Positions 1 through 7,813 of a DNA stretch of 17,605 nucleotides are shown one piece after another. The stretch covers positions 22,888,795-22,906,399 of the forward strand of contig JANKJI020000002.1 of the NCBI GenBank assembly GCA_024626585.2, in the 5' to 3' direction. Every line of letters begins with the position of its first letter. Positions within the stretch are counted from its first letter, which is position 1. The position numbers and the translations under genes are program-made. The notes beneath the pieces were generated by a model that was not told where the DNA came from, made no database searches, and saw only the letters and a list, made by a program, of their open reading frames with translations. The stretch comes from Ginkgo biloba (lineage: Eukaryota; Plantae; Ginkgophyta).

Positions 1-213
1 TTTCTAATACTAATATATTAGTATTAGAATTATATCTTGGATTGTTTGAATTGCGTTGGTGACAAGGATTGCAATTGCCCATAAAATCAGGAGGAGTTGT
101 GGGTTCACTGTATTATTCTAAAGAAGAAAGGTGTTCTCTTGCTTGCAAGTTCCATGTTAGTCCTAGCAAATCTGGGAATGTTGATTTGTAGAAATTAATT
201 GATAAAATTTACA

Positions 214-1070
214 AATTTGCCCACCAAGTCTCCTTTGCATCTTGTAAAGATGCATTTGAGCAATTAGAGTGAGGGGACCAAGCCAATGTCACGATTGTTG
301 AAGAGAAGCTACCGAAAATTCCAATTTGATTGTTGAAAATGTTGGGATGAATGCAAATTCAACTATTGATGCTTTTTATATACATGAGACAAAGATGCAG
401 TAGGAGCAAACACAAACATTAAAATATATCCACTTTTAACCCTACACTATCTGTGTCACACAACAAATCCAAGTCACCAGTGCAAATTGGACACGGGTTC
501 ATTGTTGCCATGAATGCATGTAATGCTTGCTCTAGTTATTTTCCATGGCTATAGACCAATTGCTGTCAATAGGATCTAAGAGTGTAAGAATTGAGACTTC
601 TAAGGGTGTTGGAGCATTGAATCGAGCCAAGGCAAGTTAAAGGCTACCTTGCCATCCCGATTGTGTCTTGCAAGCATAAGCTTCTCAACATTGCGCCTCA
701 CGCCATTCATTGAACCTTGAGGAAAAAACGTAGTGAGGCCATCACATAACTTGTTTGGAAGGGTAGTTGCCTTAGTGATTTCTTGTGTTGTATCTATTGA
801 AGGCAAAATGAACACGTGCATAAAATGTATTGCGTTAAGAAATATTAGAAACAACAATAACAACAACTCACGCACACATGCACACCACTGCATATAAGAC
901 ATTCAATTAGATATAAGAGATAAATTTGTGTATAATTTGAGGAGTTGCTACAATGTATTTGTGGAAGGCAATGTATTCCAAGAGCTGTGTACAAAAGGTG
1001 CGGTTCAACATAAATCCATACACAAAAGACTAATATTGGATAATCTTTGTCTGCCTTCGAGAGTCAATAT
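214..1070 (-). pseudogene. CLH: Chlorophyllase (alpha/beta-hydrolase) pseudogene, copy A: two exon remnants and one intron
   Basis: Manual minus-strand translation. 1045-937 reads DYPILVF/YGFMLNRTFCTQLLEYIAFHKYIVATPQ (cf. CLH GDYPxxxxxHGxxLxNxFYSQLxxHxASHGxIxxAPQ). After a 121-nt gap, 815-562 reads VFILPSIDTTQEITKATTLPNKLCDGLTTFFPQGSMNGVRRNVEKLMLARHNRDGKVAF/LALARFNAPTPLEVSILTLLDPIDS (cf. DTxxEIxxAAxxxxWLxxGLxxxLP...VRPNxxKxxLAGHSRGGKVAFALAL...FSALxGxDPVDG). Weaker C-terminal traces: CDTDSV~CAPxGV, FNVCV.APT..FVS~FxECVAPAYHFVA, and MQRRLGGQI at 240-214~MRRxxGGIV. It carries frameshifts and stops, and the catalytic GHSRGG reads RHNRDG (668-651). The core 562-1045 is solid; 214-561 is tentative. 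Confidence 0.85.
816..936 (-). other. Decayed phase-0 intron of the CLH pseudogene (121 nt)
   Basis: T-rich (minus strand) interruption exactly between ...ATPQ and VFILPSIDTTQEI, which are contiguous in chlorophyllase proteins (APQ|LYxxxxxDTxxEI). The boundaries now read AT...AC instead of GT...AG. Confidence 0.7.
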
Positions 1071-1072
1071 AT

Positions 1073-1236
1073 TCTAGCCACATGATCCAAGCCTATGGAA
1101 TCTGAGAGCTTGAAAGCTTGAAGGATGTTTGAGCGTTGAATAGGCTTAAGGCATGTTAAAAGGTTACCTTGCCACCTTGACTATGTCCTTCAAGTGCAAG
1201 CTCTCGATCATTGGGCCTCACGAAATTCTTTAAACT
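1073..1236 (-). pseudogene. CLH: Fragment of a second chlorophyllase paralogue (copy B; catalytic Ser to Asp segment)
   Basis: Minus strand reads SLKNFVRPNDRELALEGHSQGGKVTF*HALSLFNAQTSFKLS/AL/IGLDHVAR, with the GHSxGG lipase motif at 1188-1171. It is visibly similar at DNA level to 565-720 but clearly diverged, with one stop and small indels. Confidence 0.85.
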
Positions 1237-1876
1237 CTCCCAAGCTTCTCAAAATCTTGGTGGTGTGCACATTTTGCTTTGAACAAATATAACTTCTCCA
1301 AGCGAATTTGTTGTTCAATGATTATTTATCTATTTAGAGATCCCATCTTTAAAATAAGTTGGCTTATCTCTTCTCATAAAAATGAGATAGGCATATGACA
1401 TTACAATCACCACTCAAAACTAACATATTATATAAAAGTAACTAAAATTATTCAAATGTTAAATTAATTTATGTCATTTGTATAATGTGCCCAACACGGT
1501 CCATATTGCTCTATTCCCATCATTGTTCTCTACTCACTACACCCAACACATTGGACATAATAGAATTATAAAAATGCTCACTAAGCACAACTTCACAAAC
1601 ATTGTTGCGCTCTCTAATTTACTAAGGAACATTGTCATGCTATAGGTCTATGCATAAGTCAATATAAATTAATTATAAAGACTTAGTTATAAAGGGAAAA
1701 ATGTATTCCAAAAATATAATCATATATTATAGATAGAGGTCTATGCATGCATCTCTATATTTCATATTTGGATTAAATTTGATATAAATTTGGTTAAAAT
1801 CTATGCACAAAAATATGTATTAAAAAATGTGTATCGATAAAATAGGAAGACCAGTTATTATAACCCGCAGCGTTAC

Positions 1877-2034
1877 ATAGTTCTGAAAGAATGACCGTAG
1901 ATGCCGAGATGCCAACATGAATAGTTCTGGAACAAATGAATGTAGATTCCGAGATGCCAATCCTAATAGTTCTAGAACAAATGACTATGATGCTAAGATG
2001 CCAACGTGAATAGTTCTGGAACAAATGACTGTAG
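1877..2034. repeat. Tandem repeat, ~45-bp unit x3.5
   Basis: Units start at 1877, 1921, 1966 and 2010; consensus ATAGTTCTGGAACAAATGACTGTAGATGCCGAGATGCCAACxTGA. Confidence 0.95.
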
Positions 2035-2758
2035 GGAAAGAGAAAAGGTTCAAAGTGGCATTTTTCCATCACCCATAAATTAAATAAATGCATTGCATAA
2101 ATACATTCAAACACTCTTTCATCTCATTTATTCAGAGATAGTCTCTATGACAAATTGGTTCTGCACCTCATAAAGTTTGGGCATCTTCATTATGTTCAAG
2201 GAAGAAGCTAGATATACATTTTCGTTTGTTATAAACTCTGCATTTCCTCTGCATCTTCATTCGTTTGGCTAGTTTATCTTCATAATCTTTAATCGCACAA
2301 CGTTTATCTCTAAATGGATGGAAGAGAGCTTCACGGGTTTGTTGCCATTATTGTTGCAGAAACGCTCATCTATGTGACTCAATGGATCCAATCAATACAC
2401 TTTCTCTGCCATGAGCTCCTCCATGTCTTCAATAGGCTAAGCCCATCTTCCCAAACACAAAAATTCATCACATTCATTCATGATGTGGGAATTTCTAGAC
2501 CCTGTTTAACTTTCTTAGGACCCTTAATCTTCATAACTTTGGCCATTCGACTGTACTAATTCTATTGAATTATTTTTGTAACTACCGTCGATATGTACTA
2601 CTTTACCCTCCTTTCATATAGTGGTAGAGTTACAAAATAATTACATTTCAATTGTCTAATGGCCATATTATAGACGAAAAACATGGCATATAGACGAAAA
2701 AATTGGCAAATAGGATAGATGAGGTATTGATATACCGCCAGATAGTAAACATTGATAA

Positions 2759-3045
2759 CCATACATTATTGAATGATTAGGCATTCATATGTCACTGGAT
2801 AGTAAAATCAACGAAAAATAAATTTAATAGGGCAAACGATGAGAAAAGGCATATCCATACATTACCGATTGATTAGCATTCATATGCCACCAGATAGTAA
2901 AATCAACAAAAAATAAATTTAATAGGGAAGATGATGATTAAAGGCATAGCCATACATTAGCGAATGATTAGGCATTCATATGCCACCGGATAATAATATC
3001 AACGAAAAATAAATTTAATAGGGAAGATGATGAGGAAAGGCGTAG
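2759..3045. repeat. Tandem repeat, ~96-bp unit x3
   Basis: Units start CCATACATTA at 2759, 2855 and 2950; each contains GCATTCATATG.CAC.GGATAGTAAAATCAACGAAAAATAAATTTAATAGGG. Confidence 0.95.
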
Positions 3046-3328
3046 ATAGTCATTGGATACCAAAACGATAGGTGGACTAATGACGAATTAGAGAATCCAT
3101 TTATTGAGGCAGATTTAGAGAACATACATAGTGTAGAAAATCGTAGGCAATGTATATTTATATTTATTTTTAAATAAACATGTAAACAATTGATCAAAGC
3201 CGACTTCATATTCACAGAGAGTGAGAGAAATAATAGAGAGAATGAATTATTATACATTTTTTATTTTTATTTAATTGATGGATGGATTTATAATGATGGA
3301 ATTCAAAATTTTATTAAATATAATTTGC

Positions 3329-3348
3329 GGATGGATGGACGGATGGAT
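3329..3348. repeat. (GGAT)n microsatellite at contig end
   Basis: GGATGGATGGACGGATGGAT runs into the N gap. Confidence 0.7.
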
Positions 3349-3449
3349 NNNNNNNNNNNNNNNNNNNNNNNNNNNNNNNNNNNNNNNNNNNNNNNNNNNN
3401 NNNNNNNNNNNNNNNNNNNNNNNNNNNNNNNNNNNNNNNNNNNNNNNNA

Positions 3450-3650
3450 AAGAATCCATTGTTTTATGCCAGGACCAAACATATCAAAGTACATCACCAC
3501 TTCATCAAAGAAAAGGTGTTAGACAAGACAATAGATCTAATCTATTGTCCCATTAAAGAACAAATTGCATATGTATTTACCAGACCACTTGGAAAATATA
3601 AATTTTAGTATTTTAGAGATCAAATTAACATTAAAGAAAGTGAATATTAA
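3450..3650 (+). pseudogene. Ty1/copia pol C-terminus (RNase H), decayed
   Basis: Reads KNPLFYARTKHIKVHHHFIKEKVLDKTIDLIYCPIKEQIAYVFTRPLGKYKF*YFRDQINIKESEY*, matching the copia consensus NPVFHARTKHIEVxxHFIREKV...Y.PTxxQxADIFTKPL. One internal stop; this frame is absent from the ORF track. Confidence 0.95.
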
Positions 3651-3657
3651 GGGAGGG
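3649..3657 (+). promoter_or_regulatory. Polypurine tract (PPT)
   Basis: AAGGGAGGG lies between the pol stop codon and the TG that starts the LTR. Confidence 0.9.
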
Positions 3658-3857
3658 TGTTAGAATAACGTTCACTTAAAGTTATTTAGAATATAGTTGA
3701 TTAAAGAATAAAATAAAATAAATATCATTTAGTATGAAAGGATAAAATAGTTAAAATTGGAAACAACAGTTCATAGGTCTATTTATGTAAATGTAATATA
3801 CTTGACATAACATAGTGAATAATTAAATATTTGTATTTTGTTCCTATCGTTTTCTCA
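3658..3857 (+). mobile_element. Ty1/copia LTR (200 bp), flanked by a PPT upstream and a PBS downstream
   Basis: Starts TGTTAGAA and ends TTCTCA. Both boundaries are confirmed by alignment to the second copy at 6040-6229. TATA-like CTATTTAT near 3779. Confidence 0.95.
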
Positions 3858-3869
3858 TGGTATTAGAGC
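3858..3869 (+). promoter_or_regulatory. Primer-binding site for initiator tRNA-Met
   Basis: TGGTATTAGAGC directly follows the LTR-terminal CA; one C>T change from the canonical plant TGGTATCAGAGC. Confidence 0.92.
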
Positions 3870-4425
3870 GGGTGCAAGTGTCTTAGTCCTAATACATTCC
3901 ATTTGTCAAGGGAGACGGCACTGCACTGTGAACAACTCAAATCCTCAAGGGAAGGGATCGTTGGATGGAGGCAGAGGTGTAGATGAGGAGGAATTACATA
4001 GGAAGTAATACGTTGGAAGCCACACAACAACACAACAAGAAAAGGCAAGACAAAAGTCACCAAAGGGACGACAACAATAGGGCGTAAGTCACAAAGAGCA
4101 AAACGGCAAGGAGAAACAAGGTAGAACTATAGTGTAGGGTCAAAACTAATAGAACGACAAGAACAAAACAAGGCGGAAGTCATAAGAACAAAACGACAAG
4201 GAGAAAGAATAGATAGAAATATAGAGTAGGATTGCATAGGACACACTGACAGATAAGAAACATTTCAAAATCTCCTTTTATCAGTTTTCTTATTTAAAGC
4301 AATTTTTTTTTAAGGAAAATTCAGAGGTTTAATTTCGTGAAAGCAAGAACTAGGGTTCAAACCCACTTAGCCAGATCTTGGGAAAACATTTAAAACCATT
4401 CTTGAATACCCTAAGGATCATCACT

Positions 4426-5869
4426 ATGTCTAAAATCTATGCTTTGCCAGAACAAGACAAACTAATTGGAACAAACTAAAACATCTGGAAATCGAAAATG
4501 AAGAGCATTCTAATAGCCTATAACCCATGGGAAATAGTAAATAAACCCAATCCACTGACTGATGCTAAGGAGTTAGAAATATTCAAAAAAAAATACAGGG
4601 TGGCATATGCCGCTATCACACTTTTTGTATCAGATTATATTATTCACCATATTATAGATGCTAGTGATGTTGCAAAATCCTAGAAACAACTTCAAACCCT
4701 ATATGAACTAAAGAATAGTGCTAGAACCGTGTATCTCAAGAATCAATTATATCGTCTAGAAATTAAAGATAGAGAGGGGGTATCAAATTATCTCTTGAAT
4801 ATCAAAGACTTAAAAGATCAATTAGGGAAATTAGGGGTCAAGATTGAGAATAAAGAACTAGTAGAAATAGTTCTCAATAGCCTGCCCATAAACTATGATA
4901 ATATTGTGACTAACCTTATCATTTCCCTTAGAGAAGAAATTATAACCTTTGAATAATTGAGTAGTTTGATGCTTTAACATGAGAAAAATATAAAAATATA
5001 TGACAAAGAATCCAATCTAGAGGGAGTGTTCACATCCAAGCTTCATCTCAAGCGATCAGGTCATGACAAACTAAAAGAGGAAACAACCAATGAACTAGGA
5101 GTTGCTACTATTATGGAAAACTAGGGTGCATTGTCAAAGATTATAGAAAGAAGAAGTATGATCAAGATAAAAGAAGAAGGTACAATAATAATCTCAGTGA
5201 GGATAAGATAGAAAATAATGAAGAAGATACCTTTATTACAAAACTTTCATATAATATCTCCATTATATTTATGGTACATTAATTCAAGTGCCTCCAAGCA
5301 TATTACATCTAGAAGAGACTTATTTGAACAAATTAAAAGAATTCAGAATGGGAGATTCATAGAGGTGGTAAATAACACTTGTCTTTTATTTAAAGGAGTT
5401 GGCATGATCTTTATGAAGATGAATAATAGATAAATCAAAAGAGATAATAATATCTTGTATGTGTTAGGGTTAAGAAAAAACTTATTATCTTTGTCATAAA
5501 TAACTCAGAAAAATCTTCTAGTAGAATTTTATCTAGGGAGATGTATAATCAAAGATAAAAATAATATTGTAATAGGAGAAGGGATTGCAAAAAATGGGTT
5601 GTATAAATTTGTATCTAATTTTACCCCTCATGCCTTGATTGTAAGTAATTTTGAAGATCTGAATAAGAAGTGGCATTCATGGTATGGGATTTGTGTTATT
5701 GACACCTTCTATATTTAAAAAGAATAAATATCGTTATTGGTCTACTCAATATTCAAGAAAATAAACAAATTTGTGAAAGTTGTATGAAAGGCAAACAACA
5801 CAGAAATGCCTTTTTCAATGCAACCTGGAGGGCAAATGAGAAATTATAATTAATTCATAGTGATATATG
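4426..5869 (+). pseudogene. Ty1/copia gag-protease-integrase (N-terminal part), decayed and cut by the gap
   Basis: ATG at 4426 gives MSKIYALPEQDKLIGTN*NIWKSKMKSILIAYNPWEIV (copia gag N-terminus KLxGxNYxxW). UBN2-type gag core: LKNQLYRLEIKDREGVSNYL...LNSLPINYDNIV. Degenerate CCHC knuckle CYYYGKLGCIVKDY at 5103-5144. Protease WYINSSASKHIT (=WxxDSGASxHM) from 5272. Then NGLYKF, the HHCC domain WHSWYG(H)...CESCMKGKQHR, and the integrase start L*LIHSDI. The domain order is copia-type; many stops and frameshifts. Confidence 0.95.
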
Positions 5870-6039
5870 NNNNNNNNNNNNNNNNNNNNNNNNNNNNNNN
5901 NNNNNNNNNNNNNNNNNNNNNNNNNNNNNNNNNNNNNNNNNNNNNNNNNNNNNNNNNNNNNNNNNNNNNCAAACATGACTCTCTTGGAAGGGAACCCTTT
6001 GCAACATACCCAAACAACCTCCTATTGGCACATACCAAG

Positions 6040-6229
6040 TGTTAGAATAATGATCACTTAGAATATAGTTGATTAAAGAATAAAATAAATTAATAGCGTT
6101 TAGTATGAAAGGGTAAAAATGGTTAAAATTGGAAACAACCGTTCGTAGGTCTATTTATGTAAATGTAATACACTTGACATAACATCGTGAATAATTAAAT
6201 ATTTGTATTATGTTCCTATCGTTTTCTCG
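6040..6229 (+). mobile_element. Solo LTR of the same copia family (190 bp) with 5-bp TSD CCAAG
   Basis: Aligns end to end with 3658-3857 (manual count 13 substitutions and 3 indels, including a 10-bp deletion). CCAAG at 6035-6039 and 6230-6234. No PPT before and no PBS after; the terminal CA has become CG. Confidence 0.93.
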
Positions 6230-6859
6230 CCAAGACACATAAGGGGTATAACAAAACAATCTTATTTGGGAGTGATGGATTCCAATAGCCAACAAAGCAA
6301 GATGCAAGAGACCATGGTGTGCATAAAACCACATGTAGAGGGCAAACTTGCCATTATCCAATGCTCAAACCATATCTAGAAATAAGAGATCGTTAAAATC
6401 TTGGCCACAAAGTTTGCATGAAAACCCTAGAGTGAAATAAGAAATATAAGGAAAAATCTTAACTCGTAAACACCAAACATCCATGCTATCTTCTAGAACC
6501 TCTTATCTCCCAACTTCATATGGCATTCATACCATCTTCAAAGTTGTAATAGGCATCCATAAGACTTCACATTTGCTTCCTTATCTATAATCAGTCCATC
6601 GGTTCTTCCAATGATTTGATTAAAGCCAAAGGCTTGAGGCAAGTTAGGGTTATCCTTATGGAGCATAGATGACTCCATTATTAAAGGGGTGGAAAACCCT
6701 AGATATTAGTTGAGTAGGGAGACTTGATCAGGGGAACTTGAAGGGTGTGTCTTCTAAGACATATGCTTGCTAATTAGCATTGGGGATATGTGGAGAAATC
6801 AACATATGGTCGAGGAAAAATCTATAAGATAAGTAGTGTATCTTGGCAAAGTAAGGTAT

Positions 6860-7105
6860 CTCCTCAATCATAGGCTTGATAAAGATAACTGCAATCTTAT
6901 AAGGGTTGGTTGTACTACAGTATTATTTGGGGCAAGTATTATGCAAATTCTTGTTTGTATCTTTAGTGTATGCTTGTTGTACTCCAATTGATTATTGATG
7001 TTGATCACTCCAAGTCATTAGTATGCCCTTTGGAAGAATAAAGTGTGTGAATGTTATTATTTCATAAATGTGTTGTAATTGTCATCTATTGAAGAGTTAT
7101 TATTT
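6860..7105 (-). pseudogene. Possible very old copia RNase H remnant
   Basis: Minus-strand pieces occur in the expected order but need frameshifts: ITL.SIDDNY (~IALSSxEAEY), NQLEY..TKDT (~NPVEH.RTKHI), KIAVIFIKPMIEE (~QIADIFTKPL). Weak. Confidence 0.28.
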
Positions 7106-7286
7106 GATAATTAAGGGTTGCATCTATCGAGGCAACTCATATATGCATGTCATCTATAATGCTAAGAATGTGGTATTTATATGATGATGTCACCTTCCAA
7201 CGATACTTTGAAATAAAGCATTGCAACTGGTAATTGAGGATCTTGGTCTGTCATAGATCAGGAAACCCTAGTTCTAAGCGCAGTCA

Positions 7287-7370
7287 AAGGGAAGTCAAAG
7301 TTGATCAAACGGGCTTAGAAAACTATGAAGGGAAGTCAAAATTAGTCAAACAAGCTTAGAAAACCCTAAG
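7287..7370. repeat. Tandem duplication, 41-bp unit x2
   Basis: AAGGGAAGTCAAA.TT..TCAAAC..GCTTAGAAAAC at 7287 and 7328. Confidence 0.85.
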
Positions 7371-7595
7371 AGAATCTCCAAGAGACTAAATAAGGTCTAA
7401 GAAGTCTAAAAGACCTTTAATTGGCTTAAAGAGGGTTAAAAAAGAGCTAAAACAAGAGATAAGTATGTTATTTGGGTAAACTAGAGGTTATTATGNNNNN
7501 NNNNNNNNNNNNNNNNNNNNNNNNNNNNNNNNNNNNNNNNNNNNNNNNNNNNNNNNNNNNNNNNNNNNNNNNNNNNNNNNNNNNNNNNNNNNNNN

Positions 7596-7813
7596 GAATG
7601 CTCCATTGCAGTGTTACAATATATAATCCATTCCTCTAATAACTACTAACTACTTTCTAACTCTTCCAACTTCCTGATTTGACTTAACTTTAGGTTAAAT
7701 CACTTTTAGGACATAACATTTATTATATAAAGTGACTAACTTGACTTAATTACTTTATGTCCTAACTTTATTTTAATATTACATAATATGACCATTACAA
7801 ACATATTCTAACA
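7596..7813 (-). mobile_element. Probable 5' part of another copia-like LTR, cut by the gap
   Basis: The minus strand begins TGTTAGAATA at 7813, the same first 10 nt as the LTR at 3658. AT-rich U3-like sequence follows, with an internal inverted pair TAGGACATAA/TTATGTCCTA and a TATATATTGTAA box. Confidence 0.5.

Noticed and set aside
600-902. Intact 100-aa protein with a hydrophobic leader
   Set aside because: The first 29 residues are translated intron; the rest is a frameshifted CLH exon with a dead catalytic motif.
1794-2114. 106-aa CDS with internal repeats
   Set aside because: It is open mainly because of the 45-bp tandem repeat, shifts frame between units and has no recognisable domain.
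3658-6229. Single full-length copia element bounded by the two LTRs
   Set aside because: The second LTR has its own TSD and no PPT, the first is preceded by pol and a PPT, and a gap separates them.
6421-7370. Telomeric repeats (AAACCCTA)
   Set aside because: Only isolated telo-box-like single copies, which are common in plant retroelements; no tandem array.
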